A stretch of DNA of 64,000 bases from Acidimicrobiales bacterium. GTDB lineage: Bacteria; Actinomycetota; Acidimicrobiia; Acidimicrobiales; QHCF01. The notes under the pieces were generated by a model. That model had not been told where the DNA came from. It was given only the letters and a program-made list of their open reading frames with translations, and ran no database searches. Positions within the stretch are counted from its first letter, which is position 1. The number at the start of each line of letters is the position of its first letter. The DNA lies in assembly GCA_039583615.1 (NCBI GenBank), contig JAVKSQ010000003.1, positions 18,719 to 82,718 on the forward strand, in the 5' to 3' direction. Below, piece after piece: positions 36,927 through 47,038 of the stretch. The position numbers and the translations under genes were made by a program.

Positions 36927-37012
36927 GCGGCCCGGCGGCTCCGCCGCCGACCTGAGATTGCCTGCGCCGCCGGCTGCGACGGCCTAGGCCAGGCCTGCTT
37001 GGGGCGTGCGCC

Positions 37013-39031
37013 TCAGGCGCGAAGGCCAGCTTGACCGTCACCACCGCGTGCCACAGACCGGCACCGGAGGCGGTACTGGTTGATCAGCCCGCCGGCCAGC
37101 ACGATCTCGACCTGACGGCTGCTGAGCTGGTGCTCGACTCGGAAGGTCCTGCCTGAGGTGCGGTTCTGCACCGTGATCGGGGGCCCCGACGACATGGCCT
37201 GGCGCCAACCGGCAATGGCCAGGACGTCCCCCTGCTCGATCCCGTCGAGGTCGCCCGGGCTGGCGAAGGTCAGGGGGACCACCCCATAGTTGACCAGGTT
37301 CTGCCAGTGGATACGGGCGAAGCTGACGGCGATGACGGCATGCACTCCGAGGTAGCGGGGCACCAGGGCGGCATGCTCCCGGGAGGAGCCCTGGCCGTAA
37401 TTGGCCCCCGCCACCACCACCGAGCCGGTGACCTGCCCGGCCAGCATGGCCCGGTCGAAGAAGCTCTCGTCGACCGCCTCGAAGGCGAAGCGGGCGAGGG
37501 CAGCGACGTTGGAACGGTAGGGAAGGGCCCTGGCCCCAGCCGGCATGATCTCGTCGGTGGACACACCGTCGCCCAGCACCAGGGCCACGGGCGCCTCGAC
37601 CGAGTCGGCCAGGGGGGCGAAGCCGGGTAGGGCGGCAATGTTGGGCCCCTTGCGCAGCTGCGTCACCAAGCCGCCGGGGGCCACCAGGCCGTCCTCCCGA
37701 GCCGGCCGTCCCGGCCCTGGCGGGGTCAGGCTGGCCTGGTTGGCCGGCTGGTGGTCGGGCAGCGTGGTCCTCGGACAGTCCATGGCGAGCGTCCTGGGGT
37801 CGGTGATGACCCCGGTAAGGGCGGAGGCGGTAGCCGTCTCGGGGCTGCACAGGTAGACCTTGTCCTCTCTGGTCCCCGAGCGTCCCGGAAAGTTGCGGGG
37901 CATCGTCCGCAGGCTGATCTCGTGGCTGGCCGGGGCTTGACCCATCCCGATGCAGCCCATGCAGCCGGCCTGGTGGACCCGGGCGCCGGCCGCCACCAGC
38001 TGGCCCAGGGCCCCGGTGGCAGCCAGGACCCCCAGCAGCTGGCGGGAGGTGGGGTTCACGTCGAAGCTGACCCGGTCGTGGGTCTGGCGACCGGCCACCA
38101 TGGCGGCGGCGACGGCGAAGTCCCGCAGTCCGGGGTTGGCCGACGACCCGATCACGGCCTGGTAGATGTCGGCCCCGGCCACCTCGGCCACCGGCACCAC
38201 GTTGGCCGGGCTCGACGGCAAGGCGATGAGAGGTACCAGCGAGGACAGGTCGATCTCCTCCTCCTCGTCGTAGCTGGCGCCGGCGTCGGCCACCATCTCC
38301 ACCCAGTCCTCTCCCCGCCCCTCGGACTCCAGGAACCGTCGGACCGCCTCGTCAGCGGGGAAGACGGTGGTGGTGGCGCCGAGCTCGGCACCCATGTTGG
38401 CGATCACGTGCCGGTCCATGGCTGACAGGCCGGCCAGGCCGGGGCCGTGGTACTCGATGACCTTGCCCACGGCGCCATTGACGCCGTGGCGGCGCAGCAT
38501 CTCGAGGATCACGTCCTTGGCGCTCACCCAGTCCGGCAGCCGGCCAGTGAGCCTCACACCCATCAGCTTGGGCATGTTCACGAAAAAGGGCTCCCCGGCC
38601 ATGGCCATGGCCACCTCCAGCCCGCCGGCACCCATGGCCAGCATGCCGAGCGAGCCGGCGGCGCAGGTGTGGCTGTCGGCGCCCAGAAGCGTCTTTCCCG
38701 GCTTCCCGAAACGCTGCATGTGGACGGGATGGCTGACGCCGTTGCCCGGCTTGGAGTACCACAGGCCGAAGCGCTGACAGGCGCTGCGCAGGAACAGGTG
38801 GTCGTCGGCATTGCGGTAGTCGACCTGTAAGAGATTGTGGTCCACGTATTGGACCGAGACCTCGGTCTGCACCTGGTCGACGCCCATCGCCTCCAGCTCC
38901 AGCATGACCATGGTGCCGGTGGCGTCCTGGGTGAGGGTCTGGTCGATGCGCAGCGCGATCTCCGCGCCTGAGCGCACATCCCCTTCGATCAGGTGGTCCT
39001 CTATCAGCTTGCGGGTCACACTGGCGGCCAT
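37013..39031 (-). CDS. Aconitase-family protein (~670 aa, short 'putative aconitate hydratase' type)
   Basis: IDQTLTQDATG, GADSHTCAAGSLGMLAMGAG, IGSSANPG, CMGCIGMGQAP, and a C-terminal swivel domain ANYGQGSSREHAAL. ATG at 39029-39031. Confidence 0.8.
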   Translation of the reverse strand: MAASVTRKLIEDHLIEGDVRSGAEIALRIDQTLTQDATGTMVMLELEAMGVDQVQTEVSVQYVDHNLLQVDYRNADDHLFLRSACQRFGLWYSKPGNGVSHPVHMQRFGKPGKTLLGADSHTCAAGSLGMLAMGAGGLEVAMAMAGEPFFVNMPKLMGVRLTGRLPDWVSAKDVILEMLRRHGVNGAVGKVIEYHGPGLAGLSAMDRHVIANMGAELGATTTVFPADEAVRRFLESEGRGEDWVEMVADAGASYDEEEEIDLSSLVPLIALPSSPANVVPVAEVAGADIYQAVIGSSANPGLRDFAVAAAMVAGRQTHDRVSFDVNPTSRQLLGVLAATGALGQLVAAGARVHQAGCMGCIGMGQAPASHEISLRTMPRNFPGRSGTREDKVYLCSPETATASALTGVITDPRTLAMDCPRTTLPDHQPANQASLTPPGPGRPAREDGLVAPGGLVTQLRKGPNIAALPGFAPLADSVEAPVALVLGDGVSTDEIMPAGARALPYRSNVAALARFAFEAVDESFFDRAMLAGQVTGSVVVAGANYGQGSSREHAALVPRYLGVHAVIAVSFARIHWQNLVNYGVVPLTFASPGDLDGIEQGDVLAIAGWRQAMSSGPPITVQNRTSGRTFRVEHQLSSRQVEIVLAGGLINQYRLRCRSVARGGDGQAGLRA

Positions 39032-39076
39032 GCTTGGCGTTCTAGCCGGTCCAGGCCGGGGGAGGGACAATGCCAC

Positions 39077-40243
39077 ATGGGAAGCGCCGGCCATACGACC
39101 ACCCCGCCTGGCGAACGGCTGGTGGAGCAGGCCCACCAGGTGGCCGAGCAGGTGCTGGCCCCGGCCGCCACCGCCACCGATCAGGCCGACCGGGTCCCCC
39201 AGGCCAATCTCGACGCCCTGGCCGGGGCCGGCCTGATGGCCCTGGCCTGCCCCACTGCCCTGGGCGGCCAACCGGTGCCCCGACCTGTGGTCCGCCGGGT
39301 CCACGAGCTGATCGGCGGAGCCTGCGGTGCCACCTCGTTCGTCTTTACCCAGCACCACGGCCCGGTGGCCATGCTGGCGGCCAGTGCCAACACCGAGCTG
39401 GTCGAGCGTTGGCTGGACCGGCTGTGCGGGGGCCAGGCTCTGGCCGGCATCGCCTTCGCCCACCTGCGCCGCCCCGGACCGCCGCCCGTGGCCGCGGAGG
39501 CGGTACCGGGCGGCTACCGCCTGTCGGGGACCGCCCCGTGGGTGACCTCCTGGGGCATGGCCCAGGTGATCGCGGTGGGCGCCCAGATCGACTCCGCGGC
39601 CGGCCTCCAGGGCCGCTCGGGCCCGGCCGAGGTGGTCTGGTGCCTGGTAGGGGCCACCCCCACCGACACGGTGCGTCCCTCTCCCCCGCTGCGGCTGTCG
39701 GTGATGCAGGCCAGCTCCACCGTGCGCCTGAGCTTCGACGGGCTGTTCGTCCCCAGCCGGGACGTGGTGACGGTGGAGGCCCTGGATGCCTGGCGTCGCC
39801 GTGACCAGGTGGCGACCGCCCGGCCCCGGCCGGCGGTGCTGGGACTGGCCGAGACATGCTGCCGTCTCCTGACGGGACGAGCCCGGCAGAGACCGTCGGC
39901 TGGGGTGGCCGAGGCCAGCACCGCCCTGGCCGGCGAGCTGTCCCGGTGCAGGGCCCGTTCCTATCAGCTGGACGACCAGGCCCTAGCACCGGGCAGCCAG
40001 GATCTCGACGACCACCTGGCCGCCATGGTGGAGGCCCGGGCCTGGGGGCTGGGCCTGGCCCAGCGGGCGGCGCACGCCTTGGTGGCAGCCAACGGCGGGG
40101 CGGCCATGGCCCTGGACCATCCGGCCCAGCGCCTGGCCCGGGAGGCCACCTTCCACTCGGTTGCGGCCCAGGACCAGGCCATGCGAGCCGCCACCCTCGC
40201 CCGCCTCGTCGGCCAGCCAGGCCCCGGGCCAGGGGACCGGTGA
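39077..40243 (+). CDS. Acyl-CoA dehydrogenase-like protein
   Basis: ADRVPQANLDALAGAGLMAL, GGACGATSFVFTQHHG, YRLSGTAPWVTSWGMAQ. The overall ACAD fold pattern is present but divergent. ATG at 39077 with a purine-rich stretch upstream. Confidence 0.6.
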   Translation: MGSAGHTTTPPGERLVEQAHQVAEQVLAPAATATDQADRVPQANLDALAGAGLMALACPTALGGQPVPRPVVRRVHELIGGACGATSFVFTQHHGPVAMLAASANTELVERWLDRLCGGQALAGIAFAHLRRPGPPPVAAEAVPGGYRLSGTAPWVTSWGMAQVIAVGAQIDSAAGLQGRSGPAEVVWCLVGATPTDTVRPSPPLRLSVMQASSTVRLSFDGLFVPSRDVVTVEALDAWRRRDQVATARPRPAVLGLAETCCRLLTGRARQRPSAGVAEASTALAGELSRCRARSYQLDDQALAPGSQDLDDHLAAMVEARAWGLGLAQRAAHALVAANGGAAMALDHPAQRLAREATFHSVAAQDQAMRAATLARLVGQPGPGPGDR

Positions 40244-40292
40244 TCCCCTGGCCGCACGACCGGCCGGTCACGGCGTCGCCCCGCGGTCGCCC

Positions 40293-41114
40293 TCAGCTGT
40301 CGAGGGCGGCCCGCAACTCGGCCACGAAGGCGCCTGCCCCCTCCGGCCCTGCTCCCTCCAGCACCCGACGCATCAGGGCCGAGCCCACCACCACCCCGTC
40401 GGCCCGCTCGCAGACCATCCGGGCCTGCTCGGGCGTGGACACGCCGATGCCGATGAGGACGGGCTTGTCGGTGACCGCCTTCAACCGGTCGGCCATGACC
40501 CGGGCGCTGGCCGCCAGCTGAGCCCGCTCCCCCGTCACCCCCATGAGCCCCACGCCGTAGACGAAGCCCCGGGACCGGTCGCAGATGGCCACCAGCCGGT
40601 CGTCGGGCGTGCTGGGAGCAGCCAGCAGCACTGTTTCCACCCCGGCGTGGTCGGCGGCCCGGCACCAGTCGCCGGCCTCCTCCAGGGGCAGGTCGACCAG
40701 GATGGCACCGGCCACTCCGGCCTGGACCAGCTGGTGGGCGAAGCGGCGATGGCCGGTCCGGGAGACGATGTTGTAGTAGGTCATCGCCACCAGGGGCACG
40801 TCGACGTCCAGCCGGGCCGCCTGGCCGAGGAGCCCGGCCGGAGTGGCCCCCTGGTCCAGCGCCTGGCGGGATGCCTCTTGGATGACCGGCCCGTCGATCA
40901 TCGGGTCAGAGAACGGGAGCCCGATCTCCACCGCGTCAGCTCCCTCGGCCACCACAGCTCGTACCACGTCGGCCCAGCCGTCGAGGCCACCAGTCACATA
41001 GGCGACCAGCAGCCTGCGCCCAGCTGCCCTCGCCCCTCGCAGGGCGGATTCCAGCGGCCCGATGGCCGCCACGGCGGTGTCCCCCGGGCCAAGCGGTCCG
41101 CGGCCCAGGCTCAA
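40293..41114 (-). CDS. trpA: Tryptophan synthase alpha chain
   Basis: [33 protein letters not shown]. The TTG start overlaps the trpB stop (TTGA). Confidence 0.9.
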   Translation of the reverse strand: MSLGRGPLGPGDTAVAAIGPLESALRGARAAGRRLLVAYVTGGLDGWADVVRAVVAEGADAVEIGLPFSDPMIDGPVIQEASRQALDQGATPAGLLGQAARLDVDVPLVAMTYYNIVSRTGHRRFAHQLVQAGVAGAILVDLPLEEAGDWCRAADHAGVETVLLAAPSTPDDRLVAICDRSRGFVYGVGLMGVTGERAQLAASARVMADRLKAVTDKPVLIGIGVSTPEQARMVCERADGVVVGSALMRRVLEGAGPEGAGAFVAELRAALDS

Positions 41115-42304
41115 CCGGTCAGCTCCATCACCTGGGCCACGTCCTTGTCGCCCCGGCCCGACAAGGTCACCAGCACGCTCGCTCCGGCCGGGATCTCCGT
41201 GCCGGCCGCCCGAGCCACCCAGGCGAGGGCGTGGGCCGGCTCGAGAGCGGGGATGATGCCCTCCGTCTCGGAGAGCAGGCGCAGGGCGCCCAGCACCTCG
41301 ACGTCGCCGGCCTCCACGTAGTCAGCCCGGCCGATGGCGGCCAGGTGGGCATGCTCGGGGCCGACCCCGGGGTAGTCGAGGCCGGCTGAGATGCTGTGGG
41401 CCTCGAGCACCTGGCCGTGCTCGTCCTGGAGGAGGTGGGAGCGCATGCCGTGCACCACGCCGGGCACGCCGCGGGCCAGCGCCGCCCCACCTGCTGCCTC
41501 GACACCGACCAGCCTCGCCCCGCTGTCGGCAAAGCCGGCGAAGGTCCCCGCCGCGTTGGAGCCTCCGCCGACGCAGGCGACCACGAAGTCAGGGTCAGCA
41601 CCACCCAGGAGGGTCCGGCACTGGGCCCGGGCCTCGTCGCCCACCACCCGCTGGAACTGGCGGACCATCCACGGATAGGGATGGGGCCCCATGACCGAGC
41701 CGAGGCAGTAGTGGGTGGTCTCGACCGACGCCACCCAGTCCCGCAGGGCCTCGTTGATGGCGTCCTTCAGGGTCCGGCTGCCGGACTCCACCGTGCGGAC
41801 CTCGGCACCCAGCAAGCGCATGCGGAAGACGTTGAGGGCCTGGCGTTCGACGTCGACCGCACCCATGTACACCACGCACTCCATCCCGAACAGGGCGGCG
41901 GCGGTGGCGGTGGCCACCCCGTGCTGGCCCGCACCGGTCTCCGCCAGGAGACGCCGCTTGCCCATGGCCCGGGTGAGCAGCGCCTGGCCCACCACGTTGT
42001 TGATCTTGTGGGAGCCGGTGTGGGTGAGGTCCTCTCGCTTGAGCAGCACGCGAACCCCGAGCCGCTCGGACAGCCGCCGGCAGTCGGTGACCGGGGTGGG
42101 ACGGCCGGCATAGTCCGCCAGGATGGCCGCGTACTCGGCCTGGAAGGCGGGATCGGACCAGGCGGCGCGAAAGGCCACCTCCAGCTCCTGGCAGGCCGGC
42201 ACCAGCGACTCGGGCACGAAGCGGCCCCCGAACTCCCCGAAGCGCCCCTCGGGGCTGGGGTCGGCCATGAGCGGTGCCGCCTGGGGCCGGGCAACCCTGG
42301 CCAT
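41111..42304 (-). CDS. trpB: Tryptophan synthase beta chain
   Basis: [29 protein letters not shown] (PLP lysine), GGGSNAAG. The ATG at 42304 shares a base with the trpF stop. The ATG at 42268 is an alternative. Confidence 0.93.
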   Translation of the reverse strand: MARVARPQAAPLMADPSPEGRFGEFGGRFVPESLVPACQELEVAFRAAWSDPAFQAEYAAILADYAGRPTPVTDCRRLSERLGVRVLLKREDLTHTGSHKINNVVGQALLTRAMGKRRLLAETGAGQHGVATATAAALFGMECVVYMGAVDVERQALNVFRMRLLGAEVRTVESGSRTLKDAINEALRDWVASVETTHYCLGSVMGPHPYPWMVRQFQRVVGDEARAQCRTLLGGADPDFVVACVGGGSNAAGTFAGFADSGARLVGVEAAGGAALARGVPGVVHGMRSHLLQDEHGQVLEAHSISAGLDYPGVGPEHAHLAAIGRADYVEAGDVEVLGALRLLSETEGIIPALEPAHALAWVARAAGTEIPAGASVLVTLSGRGDKDVAQVMELTG

Positions 42305-42960
42305 CAGACCTCGTCCTGCCAGTCGTAGGGGCCGAGCCCGTCACCCTCGTAACCGGGAGGGGCGGCCGCCTTGGCTGCCGCGATGAACATCCGGAGCAGG
42401 CGGGGGTCCTTGTGACCGGGGCTGGCCTCCACGCCGCTCACCACGTCGACACCCCACGGATGGACGCTGGCGATGGCGTCGGCCACGTTCTCAGGGTCGA
42501 GCCCCCCCGCCAGCACCAGGCGGGGGATGCCGGCGGCCGCTTCGGCCAGGCGCCAGTCGAAGACCTGGCCCGACCCGGGAGAAGGGGCGTCGAGCAGCAC
42601 CACGTCGGCGCGATAGGAAAGGGCCCGAGCCAGGGCCGGATGGCCGGCCTGGAAGGCCTTGATGGTGAGCGGGACCCGCTCGCTCACCCAGCGAGAGTCC
42701 TCCACCGACTCGCTGCCATGGAGCTGGGCGGCCTTGAGGCCCAGCTCGTTGACCACCTGGACGACCCGCGCCGGGGCCTCGTCCCGGAACACCCCCACCG
42801 TGATGATCTCCGGGGGCAGCCGCCGGGCGATGTCACCAGCCAGGCGGGGCATGACCTGGCGGGGGGACGGTGCGAAGACGAAGCCCACCGCGTCGGCGCC
42901 CAAGGCCACCGCCAGCAGGGCGTCCTCCTCGTTGGTGGTCCCGCACACCTTCACGAACAC
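42304..42960 (-). CDS. trpF: Phosphoribosylanthranilate isomerase
   Basis: [39 protein letters not shown]...[18 protein letters not shown]. The GTG start overlaps the trpC end by 10 nt. Confidence 0.88.
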   Translation of the reverse strand: MFVKVCGTTNEEDALLAVALGADAVGFVFAPSPRQVMPRLAGDIARRLPPEIITVGVFRDEAPARVVQVVNELGLKAAQLHGSESVEDSRWVSERVPLTIKAFQAGHPALARALSYRADVVLLDAPSPGSGQVFDWRLAEAAAGIPRLVLAGGLDPENVADAIASVHPWGVDVVSGVEASPGHKDPRLLRMFIAAAKAAAPPGYEGDGLGPYDWQDEV

Positions 42961-43811
42961 GGCGGCTCCCCCTGCCTCGCCTCGGTGGGTCTGGGCAGGC
43001 CGGCCTGGCGCAGCTCCCGGACAGCGCCGGCCCGGTCAGGCGCTTTGACCAGAGCCTCTCCGACCAGCACCGCATCGAAGCCGGCGTCGGCCAGCCGAGC
43101 GGCGTCGTGGGCGTCGCCCACTCCTGACTCCGCCACCGTCACCACCGGGTCGGCCAGCATGGACACCAGCTCCTCGCCTCGCCGGCGGCGGACCTCGAAG
43201 GTGACCAGGTCGCGCTGGTTGATGCCCACCAAGCCCGGATCCAGCGCCATGGCCCGCTCCAGCTCGTGCTGGTCGTGCACCTCGACCAGGGCGGCCAGGG
43301 CCAGCTCGTCGGCCAGGCTGGCCAGCCGGGAAAGCTCGGCGTCCGAGAGGACCGCCACGATCAGCAGCACGGCGTCGGCCCCCATGATCCTGGCCTCGCA
43401 GACGTCCGCCTCGCACACGGTGAAGTCCTTGCGCAGCACCGGGAGATCGACCGCCTCTCTGGCCAGGACCAGGTCCTGGGGTGAGCCGGCGAAGAACGCC
43501 TGGTCGGTCAGCACCGACAAGCAGGTGGCCCCCCCTTCGGCGTACGACCGGGCGGTCCCCGCCGGGTCCAGGTCCAAGTCGATGGCCCCCCGGGACGGGG
43601 ACCGCCTCTTGATCTCGGCGATGACGCCCAGGCCGATCACGTCCTGGAGCGCCCGGACGAACGGGCGGCACGGCGGTCGGCGCCGGGCCCGCTCCACCAG
43701 GGCGCTCACCGGCTCACGGCGCCGGGCGGCGGCAGCCCGGTGGGAGGCGACGATGCGGCCCAGCAGGCCGCCCACCTCTGGCGTTGCGGAGCCATTGGGC
43801 GAGGCGACCAT
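42951..43811 (-). CDS. trpC: Indole-3-glycerol-phosphate synthase
   Basis: VIAEIKRRSPSRG, LSVLTDQAFFAGS, LPVLRKDF, LVEVH, GINQRDL. ATG at 43809-43811. The upstream part of the track ORF is rejected. Confidence 0.9.
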   Translation of the reverse strand: MVASPNGSATPEVGGLLGRIVASHRAAAARRREPVSALVERARRRPPCRPFVRALQDVIGLGVIAEIKRRSPSRGAIDLDLDPAGTARSYAEGGATCLSVLTDQAFFAGSPQDLVLAREAVDLPVLRKDFTVCEADVCEARIMGADAVLLIVAVLSDAELSRLASLADELALAALVEVHDQHELERAMALDPGLVGINQRDLVTFEVRRRRGEELVSMLADPVVTVAESGVGDAHDAARLADAGFDAVLVGEALVKAPDRAGAVRELRQAGLPRPTEARQGEPPCS

Positions 43812-43864
43812 TGGCGGCAGCCTACCGGCGCCAACCAGGAGCCACGGGATGGCAGGCTGACCGG

Positions 43865-44554
43865 GTGGCTGTCGGACCGGGAGCGGCGGGGACGATCGTG
43901 GTGGTGGAGGACGACCGCCACATCGCCGACCTGGTCGACCTGTACCTGAGGGCCGAGGGTTTCCGTGTGCTGCTGGCCGCCGACGCGCCTCGTGGGCTCG
44001 AGCTGGCCGGCCAGGAGCGTCCACGGCTGGTCGTCTTGGACATCGGGCTGCCCGGCACCATGGATGGCCTCGAAGCCTGTCGGCGGCTGCGGGCCGCCGG
44101 GGACGTCCCGGTGCTCATCCTCACCGCCCGCCACGACGAGATCGACCGGGTGCTCGGCCTGGAGCTGGGCGCCGACGACTACGTGACCAAGCCGTTCTCA
44201 CCTCGCGAGCTGGTGGCTCGAGTAAAAGCCATCCTCCGGCGCAGCTCCGGGCTGGGCCGGAGCTGCCCCGGGATACTGGTGGTGGGCGGGGTGGAGATCG
44301 ACACCGGTCGGCGCGAGGTCCGCGTCGACGGCCAGGTGGTTCCCCTCGCCACCCGGGAGTTCGACCTGCTGGCCCACCTGGCGGGACACGCCGGCCTGGC
44401 GCTCAGCCGCCGACAACTGCTGGACGGTGTCTGGGGCCCGGGCTGGTACGGCGACGACCGTACCGTCGACGTCCACGTCCGTCAGCTGCGCAAGAAGCTG
44501 GGCGACAGCCTGCCCCTCGCCACCGTGTGGGGCGTGGGCTACCGACTGGGCTAG
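43865..44554 (+). CDS. OmpR-family response regulator
   Basis: Receiver domain (VVVEDDRHIADLV...LVVLDIGLPGTMDG...DDYVTKPFSPREL) plus winged helix (RREVRVDGQVVPLATREFDLL...DRTVDVHVRQLRKKL...VWGVGYRL). Start is the GTG at 43865 or at 43898. Confidence 0.88.
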   Translation: MAVGPGAAGTIVVVEDDRHIADLVDLYLRAEGFRVLLAADAPRGLELAGQERPRLVVLDIGLPGTMDGLEACRRLRAAGDVPVLILTARHDEIDRVLGLELGADDYVTKPFSPRELVARVKAILRRSSGLGRSCPGILVVGGVEIDTGRREVRVDGQVVPLATREFDLLAHLAGHAGLALSRRQLLDGVWGPGWYGDDRTVDVHVRQLRKKLGDSLPLATVWGVGYRLG

Positions 44555-44564
44555 GGCCAGGGCC

Positions 44565-45932
44565 ATGCGCCGACGCCTTACCCTGGCCATGGTCGGGCTG
44601 GTGGCCGGAGCCCTGCTGCTCGCCGGAGTGGGCACCCTGGTGATCGGCAACCAGGTGGCCCGCAACGACGCCCGCCGCGACGTGGCCACCGAGCTGCGGT
44701 CACTCAAGGGCGCTGGCCCCCACCGCCGGCCGGTGGTCTTCTTGGCTCTGTACCGCCAGGCTCGACTGGACGGCGCCATCTTCCGGCCATTGGCACCCGA
44801 CGGCACCATCTTGGGCCATCTTCCGGCCGGGCTGACCACGGCCGACTTCGATGTCGGCCGGTTGTTGTCCGGCAAGGTCACGACTGGAAGCAAGAGCAGC
44901 CTGGCCTATGCCGCCACCCGGGTGACCCTCAGCCCGAGTGAGCGGGCCGCCGCCGGCTTTCCCTACCCGGTCCTGGTCGCCATCCTGGCCCGGCGGGTCA
45001 CCGGGGCCGGGGCCGGCGTCTTGTACGTGTTGGGGGTCTCCGGGGTCACGCTCCTGGTGGCAGGGATGGTGGCTGAGCGACTCAGCCGGCGGATCACCCG
45101 GCCCCTGCAGGAGGCCGCCGCCGCCACTCGGCGCATCGCGGGGGGCGACCTGGGCACCGAGGTCCGAGTGGGCAGGCAGGAGTACCCGGAGCTGAGCTCA
45201 CTGGCTGGCTCCATCAACACCATGGCTGCCAGCCTCGACCGGGCCCGGGGCCTCGAGCGTCAGTTCCTGCTGTCGGTGTCGCACGACCTGCGCACGCCGC
45301 TCACCTCGATCCGGGGCTATGCCGAGGCCATCGCCGACGGCACCGCTCCGGACCGCCAGCGGGCGGCGGCGGTCATAACCAGCGAGGCCCGCCGGCTGGA
45401 GCGCCTGGTTCGCGACCTGTTGGAGCTGGCCAAGCTGGACGCCCGACGCTTCTCCCTGGACGTTCGCCGGGTGGAGGTGGGCGAGGTCGTGGCTGACACA
45501 GCCGAGGGATTTCGCCCATCGGTGCAACAGGCCGGGTTGGAGATGGCAGTCGAGCTGGGCCAGGGTCAGAACCTGTGGGCGGGGGCCGACCCCGACCGTC
45601 TGGCCCAGGTGCTGGCCAACCTCATCGAGAATGCCCTCAAGTTCGCCCGCCGACGCATCCAGGTCAGTGCCGACGGGGACGGCGCGGCAGTGAGGGTGGC
45701 GGTCGAGGACGATGGGCCGGGCATACCGCCGGACGACCTGGCCCAGCTGTTCGACCGGCTCTACCTGTCGAAGAGAGCTCCGGCCCGCCAGGTCGGCTCG
45801 GGCCTGGGCTTGGCCATCGTCAAGGAGCTGGCCCAAGCCATGGGTGCCACCGTTCGGGCCGAGTCGCCGATCAGCCCCGGCGCGGGAGGCACCCGGGTAG
45901 TGGTCGCCCTTCGCCCGTGGGTCGTCTCCTGA
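44565..45932 (+). CDS. Sensor histidine kinase (2 TM, HAMP, HisKA, HATPase_c)
   Basis: The ATG at 44565 gives MRRRLTLAMVGLVAGALLLAG. HAMP domain (RRITRPLQEAAAATRRIAGGDLG). H-box SVSHDLRTPLTSI. N, G1 and G2 boxes (NLIENALKF, DDGPGIP, GSGLGLAIV). Confidence 0.88.
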   Translation: MRRRLTLAMVGLVAGALLLAGVGTLVIGNQVARNDARRDVATELRSLKGAGPHRRPVVFLALYRQARLDGAIFRPLAPDGTILGHLPAGLTTADFDVGRLLSGKVTTGSKSSLAYAATRVTLSPSERAAAGFPYPVLVAILARRVTGAGAGVLYVLGVSGVTLLVAGMVAERLSRRITRPLQEAAAATRRIAGGDLGTEVRVGRQEYPELSSLAGSINTMAASLDRARGLERQFLLSVSHDLRTPLTSIRGYAEAIADGTAPDRQRAAAVITSEARRLERLVRDLLELAKLDARRFSLDVRRVEVGEVVADTAEGFRPSVQQAGLEMAVELGQGQNLWAGADPDRLAQVLANLIENALKFARRRIQVSADGDGAAVRVAVEDDGPGIPPDDLAQLFDRLYLSKRAPARQVGSGLGLAIVKELAQAMGATVRAESPISPGAGGTRVVVALRPWVVS

Positions 45933-46045
45933 GTCCGGCTGGGCCGTCGCTGCCCTCGCCCTCGGCCGGCTGAGAGGTGACGGCTCGAAGACCTTTCCGA
46001 GGTGGTCCTGCCGCCGGCGCCGAGCCCCGGCCTCCACACGGGTGC

Positions 46046-47038
46046 CTAGGTGGTCGCCGGTCCCCCCCCGGTGGTGGTGGTCTGGCCCGGGAGCGGGCTG
46101 GGGGTGGCGGGCACGGTGGTCGTCGTGGCCGGGGGGGGCGGAGCCCCGATGCACGCCGGGACCGACAGCGGCACGGTCGTCACGCCATCGGGGACCACGC
46201 TGAGGGGCTGCACGCCGGCCGCCTGGCAGACGAGCTGCCAGGTGGCCTGGCCCGAGCCGTTGGTGGCGGCCGGGTTGGGCGACGTCACCTGCCAATGGGC
46301 GGACGCCGCCAGGGTGACGCTGGACCCAGCCAGGGGCACCGCCCGCACCACGCCGGTGGTGTCCACCGACTGGCTGGTGACCTCCACCGCCAGCACCGCC
46401 GGCAGGCCGATGAAGGGCAGGGAGATAGACGAGGTGACGGCGTATCCGGAGTAGAGCCCCACGTTGAGGTCCACCCGTTGGGCCTGGCCGTCGGTGACGA
46501 AGAGGATGTCAGGCTGTACCTGGGCCAGGCTGGGCGCCCTCCAGGCGCGGATCCGGTACCGCCCCCCCAGCACGTGGGGCAGCGTCCAAGAGCCGTCGGC
46601 CCCCGCGCTCACCTCGGTGGCAGCCTCGGAGGATCCCACCAGACGCTCGATCTCCACCGTCGCACCGGGTACGGGAGCCCGGCCGCCGGCGGGCGGGCCC
46701 CCAGCCGCGGCTCCGGGCGCCGCTCCCGGGGCGGACGCGCCAGCCGGGCCGTTGACGGTCCCCGACAGGGTGGCCGTCCCCGGACCCAGGGTCACCTTGG
46801 GAGGAACGGTGGTGCCGCCCACCGACTCGAGGGTGATGGGACGGCCCAGCGGAAGCGTCGTCGACGTCAAAGGGGCCAGGGTGGTCGGCGGGGGTGGCAG
46901 CGCCGCCACGGTGCCGCTGACGCACCCGGCACAGACAAGGCAGGTCGTCGCCACGGCCAGGTCGGTGGCCGCCCGGCCGGTGGCCGCCCGCCCGGTGGCC
47001 GCCCGCCGGGTGCCGGACCGGCTGAGCAGCCTCCTCAA
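46046..47038 (-). CDS. Secreted or cell-envelope protein with a CarboxypepD_reg-like beta-sandwich and Pro/Thr-rich tail
   Basis: Arg-rich n-region with (RAATG)x3, then the hydrophobic stretch LAVATTCLVCAGC. GATVEIERLVG...ADGSWTLPHVLGGRYRIRA is typical of carboxypeptidase-regulatory-like domains. The proposed TTG start overlaps the ygfZ stop (TTGA). Start is uncertain. Confidence 0.55.
   Translation of the reverse strand: MRRLLSRSGTRRAATGRAATGRAATDLAVATTCLVCAGCVSGTVAALPPPPTTLAPLTSTTLPLGRPITLESVGGTTVPPKVTLGPGTATLSGTVNGPAGASAPGAAPGAAAGGPPAGGRAPVPGATVEIERLVGSSEAATEVSAGADGSWTLPHVLGGRYRIRAWRAPSLAQVQPDILFVTDGQAQRVDLNVGLYSGYAVTSSISLPFIGLPAVLAVEVTSQSVDTTGVVRAVPLAGSSVTLAASAHWQVTSPNPAATNGSGQATWQLVCQAAGVQPLSVVPDGVTTVPLSVPACIGAPPPPATTTTVPATPSPLPGQTTTTGGGPATT
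46964..47008. repeat. 15-bp near-perfect tandem repeat x3 (ggtggccgcccgScS) in the signal-peptide region
   Basis: Units at 46964-46978, 46979-46993 and 46994-47008, with 1-2 mismatches. Encodes RAATG-RAATG-RAATG. Confidence 0.85.
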
